A DNA stretch of 64,000 nucleotides from the human T2T-CHM13v2.0 reference genome, Homo sapiens. Under the pieces are notes generated by a model that was given only the letters and a program-made list of their open reading frames with translations, made no database searches and was not told the origin of the DNA. Made by a program: the position numbers and the translations under genes. Below, one piece after another: positions 23,700 to 36,950 of the stretch (position 1 is its first letter; the number at the start of each line of letters is the position of its first letter). The stretch lies in NCBI RefSeq assembly GCF_009914755.1, contig NC_060928.1, one strand, 5' to 3'.

Positions 23700-24372
23700 T
23701 GTTACAAAAGGTAGTAAGGCAGACAAAAGCAGGGCAGGAGAGGGTCCCCCACCAACAGAAATGTCAGGCAACCATCATGTGATGGTCAGGCAGTTATTAA
23801 ATCTCTCTAAGACAATAATTGGTCACAGCTGGCACTAGGGAAAGGCAGTCTTCTAAGAGAGAGAAACATCTGAAACTGGTGATCAGCAGCTTCCTGATAA
23901 GATCTCAGAAGCCGGGCAAGTGAGCCCAAGCATGCACACAAAGAGGCAAAATGGTGGAGTTTAACTGGTATATGACCCTCTAGGAACATTCCGATTGGTA
24001 AGAGAAGAACGCCTCAAGTGAGCATTCATACAACTCCAGTAAACACACTGCACGCAGACAGCCCACCCAAGGGAAGAATCAGGGGAGAAGTAATGCAAGA
24101 CCCTAGAAACATGCCAACATATGAAACCCCAAGTCAAAATGTCGAACCATGCACTTGATCACTCAAGTCATGCACTTGGCCGTCTTCTATGCGTAGTTCA
24201 CTTCTATTCATGCCTGCTCTAAAACTTTTTAATGAACTTTCGCTTCTGCTCTAAAACTTGCCTTGGTCTTTCACTCTACACTCTACCTTATGCCCCCTCA
24301 GTCGAATTCTTTCTTCTGAGGAGGTAAGAATTAAGGTTGCTACAGACCCATACAAATTCACCACCTATAACA
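23700..24372 (+). mobile_element. MER50-like ERV1 solo LTR
   Basis: tgtta...taaca termini; gcagggcaggagagggtccccc and aatgtcaggcaaccatcatgtgatggtcaggc; 4-bp TSD tcaa/ccaa. Confidence 0.8.
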
Positions 24373-24409
24373 CCAACATTGAAGACAAATAGAGATTATG
24401 GAATATGAA

Positions 24410-24795
24410 TGTATGAATTTATACTCACATTACTATAAGGAACTACCTGAGACTGGGTAACTTATAAAGAAAAAAGTTTTAATTGCCTCATGGTTCTGCA
24501 GGCTGTACAGGAAGCATGGCTGGGGAAGCCTCAGGAAACTCATAATCATGGCAGAAGGGGAAGCAGGCAATTTCTTCATGGTAGAGCAGGAGAGAGAGCG
24601 TGAAGGTGGAGGGGCTACACACATTTAAACAACCAAATCTCGTGAGAATTCTATGGGATAGCACTAGGAGGATGGTGCTAAACCATTAAAAACCACCCCC
24701 ATAATCCAGTCACCTCCCACCAGGCCCCACCTTCAACATTGGAGATTATAATTCTACATGAGATTTGGGTGGGAACACAGTGCCAAATCATATCA
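24410..24795 (-). mobile_element. MSTA-like ERVL-MaLR solo LTR
   Basis: aactacctgagactgggtaa...caggctgtacaggaagcatggc...ccaaatcatatca; 5-bp TSD atgaa/atgga. Confidence 0.88.
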
Positions 24796-26449
24796 ATGGA
24801 GAATAAGAAAAAAAAAGAATGAAGAAAAATAAACACAGACTCAGATAAATGCAGGACAACATCAAGCAAACCAACACGTATATAAGGGGCATTTCTGAAG
24901 GACAGGAGAAGAGTTAATAGTAGAAAAAATATTCTAAGAAATAATGGCAGAAATCTTTTCAAATTTATTTAAAAAGCAACAGCCTACATATCCACTATAT
25001 TTCTGCCATGCTTCATGAGCACATGGCTGCAGGAACACAACAAATTATTTCATCCTTTAGTAAAGACATAAAATATCATAATACATAACATTTTAATTAG
25101 ATTACTAAATGTCAGTTTACAAATTAGGTTTCTATAGAATAAGTGAGCAAATAAAGGGATAACTGCATGGATAAATAAGTAGTAATGACCCCCTCATTCA
25201 AACATGCTCGCATATACTTGGCAGTCCAGACTAATTTTTCAGACCTGTCAAAAGCAAAATAAATTACTAGATATCACTGCCTTATCAAAGGTAACTGACA
25301 TGGGCAAGATTAGAATAGAAAAACAGTGTGACTAAAACCAGCCACTGAAAATTGAATACGCTGACATTAACACAATTACTATGTAAATTGGTGCTTGGAA
25401 ATGACTTATACATATATGCTTTATAACATGTTTGTCACTACCCAGGTGCCAAGTTGACATTTTATTCTTCTATTGAGAATGGGAAGAGACAACCTTAACT
25501 GAACCAAAATAGTTTTGCAAGAAATCATGCAGTGACAAAAGGTTGAAAGAAAATAATTTGCTATCTTTCTAAACATGTCAGATCCTTTATATCGATTTTT
25601 TAAATAATTGGTTTGCTAACTATAATATTATTAGCTATTCTGATAATTATTTTTAGGAGATCTGGATTTCACAGAATTTAACTACCTGAACTGTCATCTA
25701 TCAGTAAAGCCATGTTACAAGGCTTTTAGTAGACTAGTAGGCAGTAAATTAACCAATTAATAAATTAGTATGGAGTCTAAGTTGCTGGCACTGTTATTTA
25801 TAAAGGTGTCTAAAACACCATTTTTGCTCTAGCCATGAGGTCAGAAACAAGTTCTAGTATTTTGAATTGGTGTCCTTTCCACACAGACCCTAATAAAACT
25901 GACTGTAAATGAGTTGACACTCCATCACTATTTCAGGGAATTCCTTTGATTATTTCAAAATGGCACAAAATCATAACCATTTAGACTATGAGCCATAAAG
26001 GAATCTCAGAATATAACTTGCTGCCTGTTTATTATGATTATTACTATATGTTAACTCATTTACCATTATATGAGAAATGTTCCAAATGTCATATTTTACA
26101 TGATGTGTGTGTGTATATATTCATTTTAATCTGAAATATGTTAACATAATTAAGGAATCCTTAAAAATACACTGTCACTTCATTCTTCAGATTATATTAT
26201 CAGGTAAAGTACGTTGAATAATATGATAGAGTCAGACGCCAATGTTACTTGAACAAACTTATTAATGAATGTTAAGAATATATTTGAAGCCAATCATGTA
26301 AAGTATTTATTTTCTGATATTACTTTAAAAGGAAAAAAGAAATAAATTCACTTAATTTTGAGGGCTCTAAGAGTCATGACTTTAAATACTAAGCTTAAAT
26401 TTTCCTTTTTGAAAGGGCAGTTTTCTATAAACACATATTTTGGAAAATT

Positions 26450-28268
26450 TAATAGTTCTCTTAGTAATTGACTGAAATAGACCAAAAAATTAAGTCGGAA
26501 TATAGGAGATTTAAACAAAATCACCAATAAACAGGCTTAATTTATATTTATTTATATTTATTGGCTACTATATTTAATAATGGCATAATAAATATTTTTT
26601 CAATTGTACATAGAATATTTACCAAAATAGAACATATGCCAGTACATAAACAACTCTCAATAAATTTCAGTGGATTGAAGTAATAGAGTATTTTCTTTGA
26701 CCAAACTTCTATTAAATTATTAATCAAAAATAATATACTTATAAATATGCAAATATTTAGAAATTAAATAGCATTTATAAAGGACTCATGAATCAAATAT
26801 AAAACTATATAGCTTAGAAAATATTTCAAATAGAATGATAATGAATATACATCCCAAAGTTTGTTAATATGCTTTACATATAAAGTGCTCCTTATAGGTA
26901 AATGTGTAGATTTAAATGTTTAAATTTGTAAAGAAAATTTCATTTAGTAAAGTAAGTACAAAGAAGGAAATAAATCAATGACTTTGTCAAAAAGAAGAAA
27001 AAATAATAATTCAAACTGTAATACTTTGAACAGATTAATTAAATTTCTAAATTCCAAAAAGTATTTCTAAGAAAAAAAAAGAGAACAACACATTATTATC
27101 AATTATGAAACATAGACATCATTAAACTTTCAACAAGCATTTAAATTATAATGAAGGAATATTATAACCATCATGCCAATATATTTGACACTTAGATAAA
27201 ATATAAAATTTTATTTAAATACCAACTGTTGCTGTCACAAAATGAAGCAGAAAATTCAAATATCTGTGGAACTATAAAACATTAAATTTGTAATTAAAAG
27301 ACTACCAGGCAGGTTCTGATTTCTGGGTAAGATGAAAGAAACACATGCTTCTCTCATTCTCATTGAACTCAAATGTAAAATCTAGGCAGAGTTGTGGCCC
27401 CGCTGATTGAAAACACTGGAAAAAATAAATAGCAATAGGTGGAGAAGGAAAAGACATGAGAATTCAAAGTAGCAGTGAAATGAGGCTGTGAGCCTGAGTT
27501 CCTTAAAATAATGTTTGACAGTTAAAGCAAAACAACATTTCCTGTAATTTTCAATGTACCTAAATATATGAGACAACTATCAATCACTTAGGGGAGTATA
27601 AAATAATCTATATGGTAATATAATTTCAATGATCAAAGTGAAATGGTAAAATACTCATTTTAAATACACTGGAAAAATGAAGTATATATTCTTTATTTCC
27701 TAGAACAATCACTAAAATGTTATGCAAAGATTAAAATCACAATGGATTCATAGAAATGGAATACTAAAAAATATATATAAATACCCAAAGAAAGCAGAAA
27801 AGGGGAACTATTTGGGGGAATAAAAAAAGAAAACTAAAAGAAAACACTCCACTCTACAATAGCAGAGTTTATATTCTTCTCATGTGCACTATGAAATATT
27901 TATCGAAACAGACCATATCATAAGTTATGAAACAAATGTTAATGAGTTGAAATCTTACAAAGTATATCACTGATCATAGAATTAAACTAAAAATCATTAA
28001 CAGAGGGATAACAGAACAATCTCCAAAAACTTAGAAACCAACACATAGTTTAATAATTCATGCACTGAAAAGGAGGTTTCAAAGGAAATTAGAAAATATT
28101 TTTAAATGAACAAAAATAAAGTTATACATACCAAGTTATCTACGTATATATAGCAATTTTAAGTTTTATAATTCTATGTTTATAAAAAGAGAAAAAACCC
28201 TCAAATCCATAATTTAAGGTTTCAGTTTAAGAAAGCAGAAAGAGAAGAGCAAAATAAATTCAAATAAT
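26450..28268 (+). mobile_element. Cluster of diverged L1M ORF2 (endonuclease region) fragments
   Basis: Degenerate motifs accaaaatagaacatatg and gaaattagaaaatatttttaaatgaac; A-rich strand. Confidence 0.6.
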
Positions 28269-28269
28269 A

Positions 28270-29095
28270 TCTTACTGGATTTGTGAAATTATCTGTATTT
28301 ACTTACAGTTCTATCAACTTTCGCTTCATATTTTTGGAAGCTTTGTTATCGGGTGCATAAACATTTTGGATTGTTATGTCCTCTTGAGGAACTGGCCTCT
28401 TTAACATGAGATAAACTTTTATATCCTAGTAATATTCTTTGCTTTGAAATTCATTTTATTACCTATTAATAAAGTCAATTTGGCTTTTCAAAGTAGTGAT
28501 AGCATGACATATCTTCTGTACATTTACTTTTGAACTTATTTGTGTCTTTATATTAAAAATAAGTTTATTGGAGGAAGGAGGTGGCGATCTGGCAATCTCT
28601 GCCTTTATGAGTTTGTTTAGACTACTTATAGTCAATGTGATTATTGATATGTTGTCTTAAATTTATCATATTAATATAGCTTCTCTATTTGTATTATTTA
28701 GTCTACTTTTTTCCTCTGGCTTTGCCTTCGTTTGGATTAATTTTATATTTCTAATCATTCTATTTCACTTTTTTGAGGAGTAAAGTTGATATAATTCTTT
28801 TTGTGTTATTTTAAGTTGCTTTAGGGTAGATAAAATATGAAATTATATTGATCTATCTTTAAACAATGTTACCTGACTTTATTTATAGTATAAGTATTTA
28901 CAACAGTATACATCCTTGTCTCCAGTTCTGGCCTTTATGCTATTATTGTGAAATATTTTGCTTCTATTTATATTATAAGCCTAAAAATATAATACTATCA
29001 TTTTTGCTATAAGCTAATCGATTAGATTAATATTTTTAAGTGAATAGATAATAATAAAAGTTACTTTAATAACTAACAACATAATTATCTTTTCT
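28270..29095 (-). mobile_element. Old L1M fragment (ORF2 start and inter-ORF region)
   Basis: gttatcgggtgcataaacattttggattgttatgtcctcttg matches the antisense EN motif. Confidence 0.6.
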
Positions 29096-29109
29096 GTTGC
29101 TTTTTTATT

Positions 29110-32100
29110 TTTATATGACCTAAAAGTCATTCAGGAGCAGGTTAATGGCCATGTAATTGCATGGTTTTGAGAAATATTTTTTAGTTTTGATTTTTATATC
29201 TATTGTGCTGTGGTCCAAGAGTGTGTTTCATATGATTTCAGTTCTTTTATATTCGCTAAGGACTGTTTTATGTCTGATTATGTGGTCAATTTTAGAGTGT
29301 GTGCCATGTGCAGCTTAGAAAAATGTATATTTTGTTGTTTGGGGTGGAGAGTTCTGTAGAGGTCTATCAAATCCATTTAATCCAGTGTTGAGTTCAGGTC
29401 CTGAATATCATTGTTAACTTTCTGCCTCAGCGATCTAATATTGTCAGTGTGGTGTTGAAGTCTCCCAGTGTTATTGTGTGAGAGTCTAAACCTCTTGGTA
29501 GGTCTCTAACGACTTGCTTTATGAGTCTGGGTGCTCCTGTGTTGAGTGTATATATATTTGGGATACTTGGTTGTTGTTGAATTGAACCCTTCACCATTAT
29601 GTAATGACCTTCTGTGTCTTTTTTTGATATTTGTTGGTTTAAAGTCTGTTTTGTCTAAAATTCGCATTGCCACCCATGTTTTTTTTCCCCATTTTATTTT
29701 CTTAGGAGATTTTCCTCCATTTCTTTATTTTGAGCCTATGGATATCATTGCATGTCAGATGGGTCTTTTGAAGACAGCATATCATCTGGCTTGCTTTTTT
29801 TATACAGCTTGCCATTCTCTGCTTTTTAAATGGGGGCCCATTTACATTCAAGGTTAATATTGATATGTGTCGATATGATTCTCATTTTTTGTTAGCAATT
29901 TATTATGCCAGCTTGTTTGTGTGATTGCTTTATAGTGTCACTGGTCTGTGTAATGATGTGTGTGTTTTTTTATTGGCTGCTAACAATCTTCCCTTTTCAT
30001 ATTTAGTGCTCTTTTCAGGATTTTTTATAAGGCAGGTCTGGTGGTAATGAACTCCCTCAGCATTTGCTTAGCTGAAAAATGATCTCATTTCTCTTTCACT
30101 GAGGAAGCTTAATTTGGCTGGATATTAAATTCTTGGTTGAAGATTTTTTTTTCTTTAAGAATGTTGAATATATGCTCCCAATCTCTTCTTTCTTGTAGAG
30201 TTTCTGCTGAGAGGTCTGCTGTTAACCTGATGGGGTTCCCTTTGTAAGTGACCTGCCCTTTTGCCCTAGCTGCCTTCAACATTTTTTCTTTCATTTTGCC
30301 CTTGGAAAATGTGATGATTATGTGTATTGAGGATTTTCTTCTTGTGTAGAATCTTGTAGGGCTTCTCTGTATTTCCTGAATTTGATTGTTGGCTCCTCTA
30401 GTAAGATTCTGGAAGTTTTCATGAACAACATCCTGAAATATGTTTTCCAAGTTATTTGCTTTCTCCCCTTCCCTTTCAAGGAGGCCAGTGATTCCTATTT
30501 TAGGCCTTTTTACATAATCTCACATTTCTTGGAGGTTTTGTTTATTCCTTTTTATTTTTCTTCTTTATCATTGTCTGACTGTATTATTTCAGGGATCCAG
30601 TCTTCAAGTTCTGAGATTCATTCCTCAGCCTGGTTTATTCTGCTGTTAATACTGGCTATTGCATTGAGAAATTCTCGTAGTGTGTTTTTTCATACTGGGT
30701 GTTCTATCTTTCAGCTCCTGTGTCATTTCGTTGTGATTCTTATTTTCCTTGGATTAAGTTTGCCATTCTCCAGAATCTTGATGATCTTTGTTCCTACTCA
30801 TATTCTGAATTCTGTTTCTGTCATTTCAGCCAACTCATCCTGGTTAAGAACCCTTGGAAAACTAGTGGAGTTGTTTGGAGAACATAAAACACTCTGGCCA
30901 TTTGAGCTGCCAGGGTTTTGGGTTGGTTCTTTCTCATCTCTGGGTGGGTGTTCCTTTAACTGCTGGGCTGCCTCCGAAGTGGTCAAGCAGGGGCAGGGTG
31001 GTTGTACTGGAATCTCAGGTCAGGCAGCCCTGCCCAGTGAGGACCAGGACCTACATGGAGAACAGTCTGTCCATTTTTTCTTGAGGTGGGTGCTCTGTGT
31101 TGGTGGTCCATACCAGCCTCTGGACCCTGTGGATTCTACAGAGCCTGGAGACAGCAAAGGTGAGGGCTGCAAGACAGCAAAGATGGCAACCTGTTCCTCT
31201 TACTGGGAGCTCTGTCCCAGAGAGTTGCAGAGCTGCTATTGGCTAATAGCCCCAGCAGGGGGTGGCTGGAGACCTAGGCCAGGAGGACCCACCTAGTGAG
31301 AAGATACAGGATCAGGGAACCATGTTACAAACTGTCTGGACATTTTTCCATAGGGCTGCTGCCATATGCTGGGTGTCCACTCTAGTCCCTAGTCACCTTA
31401 GATTTTCCAGCACCTAAAGATATCAACAGTGAAGGCTGCAAAAGAGCAAAGATGGCTGCCTACCCCTTCTTCTGGGTGCTCATCCCAGAAAAGTATGAAC
31501 CTGTTGCTTGCCTGAACCACTGGCAGGGAGATTGTAGACCTCAGTACAGAGATCCCACCCAGTGAGGAGGAACAAGATGTGTGACCTGTGTGAAAAAGCA
31601 GTCTGGCCACTTCTCTGTAGAGCTGCTGCACTGTGCCAGGAAACTGCTCCAGTCCCTAGTCACCTCAGACCCCCTAGAGCCCGAAGGCAACAATGGCTAA
31701 GGCTGTGAAACAGCAAAGATGGCAACCCATCTGTCCCCCTGGGAACTCCATCTCAGAGAAGCTGGGAACCACTGAAAGGTGGGAAACACTGGCAAGGGTG
31801 GCTAGTGACCCCAGCCAGGAGGTCCCACTTACTGAAGAGAAAGCGAGGTCAGGGATCCCAGTCTGGCCACTTTTCCACAGGGCAGCTACACTGAGGGCAA
31901 CAACAGCTAAGGCTGTGAACCAGCAAAGATGGCAGCCTACCCCTCCCTCTTGGGAGCTGCATCTCAGGGACGTATAACACTGCTACTGGTGGCTGGCTGG
32001 AGTTCCAAGCCAGTGAGTCTTATCCTTCAAGGTGCAGTGGAAACAGGATCTGCAGACCATTACTGCTCAACCCCGAGGATTCATCCCCTTTTCTAGGGGT

Positions 32101-32570
32101 GTGTATGGGAGTGTAAACTCCTGTTTTGCTGGAGTTGCAACCGCTTTTGCTGAGAAGCCCAGAGCTGGGAGCTTCCAGGGCTCCACCTGTGCCTGAGCGG
32201 CCACTAAGCCAAGACTCCATGTAGCTCTGGGTGTCAGACTGCAGGTCCTGGTGGAGGGGATTCATGAGGGGATCTCCTGACCCATGGTTTGCAAAGATCC
32301 ACTGGGGAGGTGTGGGTCCCCGGAGCTGCTAACTCACTTATCACTTCCCTGAGCTAGGGAGGCTCCCCTGGCTCCATGTTGCTCCTGAGTGGGCATTCAT
32401 CTTGCCTTGTTTGTCTTTGCTTTCCGTGGGTTGAATTCTCTTCTTGATGAATCCCAATGTGTGTACCTGGCTATTTCAGCTGAAGGTGCTGTATTTACTT
32501 GTGCCCTCTTTTTCTCTCCATGAGAGTAGCCCACACTAGCAGCTTCTAGTCAGCCATCTTGGCCAGCTCC
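29110..32570 (-). mobile_element. Old L1PA (L1PA13-16/L1P4-like): intact 5' end, ORF1 and ORF2 start; 3' part absent
   Basis: Minus-strand start GGGAGCTGGCCAAGATGGCTGACTAG at 32570; ORF1 peptide MENIFQDVVHENFQNLTR...KGNPIRLTADLSAETLQ (30109-30450); repeated 5'UTR units. Confidence 0.88.
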
Positions 32571-33130
32571 CAACATCGTTGTTTTATCGCTCATTTTAAC
32601 AACTTAATTTTGATAGGAAGTAGTATAGTTTATTTGTTTTTTTGTGTTAAGCTTCACTGAGCTTTTGAAGCTCAGCGTTTACCAATTTCATTAAATTTGG
32701 AAATTTTCCATTTCTTCAAATGTGTCTTGTCTCTCTTCCCTTCTCTTTGGGGCACTTTAAGTACATATATATTAGGCCTCTTGAAGTTGACCCCTTGCTG
32801 CTGACTTACTGTTAGTTTTATGTTCAGACTGTTTCTTTTTTGTTTCATTTTGGGTAGTTCTATTTCCAGATGTTCAAGTTTACTGACCTTTTATTCTGCA
32901 GTATCTGATCAGCCTTAAATTCTAACCAACTTATTTTCATCTCTAAAAGTTGCATTTGGATATTTTAAATATCTTTTATATATCTTAAATTCAATTTTTC
33001 ATTATCTTCTTGAACATAAAGAAAACAGCACTAATAACTTTAATATCTTTGCCTATTAATTATATTATCTATCATTTCACTTAATTTTTTCTCATTGTTA
33101 GTTCATTTTTTGTTCTTTTAATGGTTGATT
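32571..33130 (-). mobile_element. Old L1M ORF1 fragment (host element)
   Basis: tttcattaaatttggaaaatttt and tatattaggcctcttgaagttg resemble antisense L1M ORF1. Confidence 0.5.
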
Positions 33131-33134
33131 TTTA

Positions 33135-34170
33135 AAACTTTATTTTATTTTACTCTCATCAGAACACTTAATATGTGTGTAGATATTACACACATATTAC
33201 AAAATGTTCAACATCTTGTAAAAAAAAAAAAAAGTAGTTTTTGTTTTGTTTTGTTTTTGAGATGGAGTTTCACTCTGTCACCCAGGCTGGAGTGCAGTGG
33301 TGCGATCTGGGCTCACTGCAACCTCCACCTCCCAGGTTCAAGCAATTCTTCTGCCTCAAGAGATCTACTCTTAGAAGTAAATTTTTAAGTATACAATACA
33401 TTATTGTTGATTATGGGTACAATATCATACAACAGATCTCTAGAACGTATTGATTTTAACTGGCTGAAACTTTAGGCTGGTTGATTAGTAGCTTCCCAGC
33501 TCCTGTCCCTCTATCCACTGGCAACCATTCTACTCTTTTGTTCTATGGATTTGATTATTTTAGGTACCTCATTTAAGATAAATCATGCAGTATTTATTTT
33601 TCTGAGACTGGCTTATTTAACTTGGCATAATATTCTCAAGTTTCATCCATGTTGCTGCATGTTGCAGAATTTTCATCTTTTTAAGGCTTAGTAGCATTTT
33701 ATTTATGTATATACCACATTTTCTTTATCCATTCATCCCTCAACAAACATTTGGGTTTCTTCCATACTTTAGCTGTTGTGAATAGTGCTGTAATAAATAT
33801 AAGAATGCTAATGTCTCTCCAAGATTAGTTACTTTTGATAAATCCCCAAAAAAGAGATTGCAGGATCATATTTTAGTACTATTATTAATTTTTTAAGAAA
33901 TCTCTATACTGTTTTTCATAGTGGCTGCACCATTTTTTATTCCCCAGACTAAACAGAGTGTAAGGGTTCTAATTTCTACACTCTTGCTGACACCTCTCTT
34001 TTGTTTTTTTGATAATGACCTTTCTGACAGGTGTTAGGTGAAATCTCAGTGTGGTTTTCATTTGGATTTTACTAATTAGAGGTGTTGAGCAATTTTTAAT
34101 ATGCCAGTTGGCCATTTGTGTGTCTTCCTTGGATGAATGTTTAAGTAATTATCTCATATTTTAAAATCTG
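33135..34170 (-). mobile_element. L1MA10/L1MB-like 3' end, interrupted by an Alu fragment
   Basis: agaacacttaatatg...agatctactc...cagatctctagaac; gactggcttatttaacttggcataat. Confidence 0.75.
33238..33358 (-). mobile_element. 5'-truncated Alu fragment (right arm only)
   Basis: (TTTTG)n tail, then gagatggagtttcactctgtcacccaggctggag...ctgcctca, ending abruptly. Confidence 0.9.
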
Positions 34171-35051
34171 TATATTTTATTTTTTTAATATTTACTATTT
34201 TTAATTTGTAAAAATTTATAGGATATAGGAGAAATCTTGCTACATATATATAAGGCATAATTATCTAGTCAGAGTGTTTACAGTGTCCGTCACTTGAGTG
34301 CAATACATTTTTAAGCATAGGCACCCTACTCTGCTATCAAACATTGAATTTATTTCTTCTATCTTACTTTATGTTTTTATCTTTTAACCCAGTTCTTTTC
34401 ATCATCCCTCCTAACCCTGGCTCCCAACTGAACCTTCCTAGTCCTTGTTATCTACTTTACACTCTCTATTTCCATCCGATCAAGTTTTTTTTTTTTACCT
34501 CCCACATATAAGCGAGAACATGTGAAATTTGTCTACCTTATTTTAATTAAGATAATGACCTTCAGTTTTATCTGTGTTGGTGCAAATGACATGATTTTAT
34601 TTTTTTCTGGCTGAAAAATATTTCATTGTGTATATATACTATATTTTCATTGTCCAGTCATCTGTTCATGAACACTTTGCTTGATTCAATATATTTGCTA
34701 TTGTAAATAGTGCTACAATAAACATGTGAGTCCAAGTATCTTTTTCATATGTTGATTTCTTTTCCGTTGGGAAGATACCCAGTTGTGGTATTGTTAGATC
34801 AAATGGTAATTCTATTTTTAATTTTTTGAGAAATCGTCATACTGTTTTCCATGCTGACTATACTAGTTTACACTCCCACCAACAGTGTACAAAAGTTGGC
34901 TTTTCTCTACATGCTTGCCAAAATCTGTTATTTATTGTCTTTTTAATAATCACCATTCTAACTGGGGTAAGTTGTTACCTCATTGTGGTTTTGAGTTGCA
35001 TATCTCTGATAATTAATGATGATCAGCCTCTTTTTATATACCACTTGGTCA

Positions 35052-35403
<352 letters not shown>

Positions 35404-35551
35404 GAAATGTACATTGATGTCCTTTGCCCACATTTTAATATAATTATTTGTTTTTCTTTTTGTTGAGTTGAGTTCCTTTTATATTCTTGATATTAGTCTC
35501 CTGTTGGATGAACAGTCTGCAAATAATTTCTCCCATTAAACAGTTCTTTTA

Positions 35552-35622
35552 ATTTAACAGCCTCTTTTTCTGTTAATTGTTTTCATTTAACAGCCTCTTT
35601 TTCTGTTAATTGTTTTCATTTA
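35552..35622. repeat. Perfect 33-bp tandem duplication
   Basis: atttaacagcctctttttctgttaattgttttc twice (35552-35584, 35585-35617), plus attta. Confidence 0.92.
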
Positions 35623-36073
35623 CTTTGCTGTGTAGAATATTTGTGGTTTAATATAGTCCCTCTTGTCTATTCTTGGTTTTGTCACCTGCGCTTTTGAGGT
35701 CTTAGTCATAAATTGTTTGCCTAGACCAACATCCAAGGGAGTTTTCCCAATGTTTTCTTCTAATATTTTTTATAGTTTGGGAGCTTATGTTTAAGTCTTT
35801 AATATATCTTGAGTTTATTTTTGTATGTGGTGAGAGATAGGGGTCTAGTTTTATTCTTCTGCATGTGGCTACCCAATTTTCCCAGCACCATTTATTGAAT
35901 AGGGTGTCCTTTTCCCAATGTAAGTTCTTGTCAACTTTGTTGAAGGTCAGTTGGTTGTAAATATGTGACCTTATTTCTGGATTCTCTCTTTTGTTCCATT
36001 GGTCTGTGTATCTATTTTTATACCAATACCAATGCTATTTGGTATGGGTTACGATACCTTGGTTACTACACTT

Positions 36074-36106
36074 TACTCTACTCTACTCTACTCTACTCTA
36101 CTCTAC
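36074..36106. repeat. (TACTC)n pentanucleotide repeat
   Basis: About six tandem copies of tactc. Confidence 0.9.
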
Positions 36107-36950
36107 TTTGGTTACTATAGCCTTGTAATATATTTTGAACTCAGGTCATGTGATGGCTTCAGCTTTGTTCTTTTTGCTTAGGACTGCTTTGGCTATTTGG
36201 GCTCTCTTTTGGTTCTATTGAATTTTAGGACTGCTTTTTCTAATTCTGTGAAAAATGGTGTCGGCATTTTGATAGGGATTGTGTTGAATTTGTAAATTGC
36301 TTTGGACAATATGGTCATTTTAATGACATCAATTCTTCTGACCCATAAGTATAGTATATTTTTCCATTTGTTTTATCTTCAGTTTATTTCATCAGTGTTT
36401 TGTAATTTTGCTTGTAGAGATTTTTCACATCTTTGGTAAAATTTATTCTTAGCATCTTTTTTACAGCTATTGTAAATAGGATTGCCTTCTCGATTTCTTC
36501 TTTGGTGTACAGAAGTGCTACTGATTTTTTTACATTAATTTTTTATCCTGAAACTTTACTGAAGTCGCTTATTAGTTCTAGGAGCTGTTTGGCAAAGTCT
36601 ATAGGGTTTTCTAGACATGTAATCATGTCATCAGAGAAGAAAAAATATTTGATTTTATCTTTTCATATTTGGTTGCATTTATTTCCTTCTCTTGCCTGAT
36701 TGCTCAGGATAGGACTTCCAGTACATGTTGAAAAGGAATGGTGAGAATGGCCATCCTTGTCTTTTTCCTGTTCTTAAGAGGAATGCTTCTAGCTTTTGCC
36801 CATTCAGTAGGATGTTTGGCTGTGGGTTTGTGGCTCTTATTATTTTGAGGTAAGTTTTTTCAATGCCTAGTTTGTTGAAGGTTTTTATTGTAAAGAGATG
36901 TTGAATTTTATCAAAACCTTTTTCTTTGTCTATTGATATAATCATATGAC

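Larger units (their letters stand above)
21830..24995 (+). mobile_element. Old L1M (MC/MD-like) 5'UTR-ORF1 remnant interrupted by MER44, MER50 and MST
   Basis: Degenerate ORF1-like sequence (aaagacttcaaactagccatc; cttctagagttgaaag; gaaataatggcagaaatcttttcaaattt) resumes after each insertion. Left boundary uncertain. Confidence 0.6.

Noticed and set aside
30382-31296. 304-aa + strand ORF as a novel protein
   Set aside because: It lies wholly antisense to L1 ORF1/5'UTR, starts at TTG and has no recognisable domain; long antisense frames are common in L1.
31160-31975. Regularly spaced repeats as a CRISPR-like array
   Set aside because: The units are long, degenerate and part of an L1 5'UTR in mammalian DNA; no unique spacers or cas genes.
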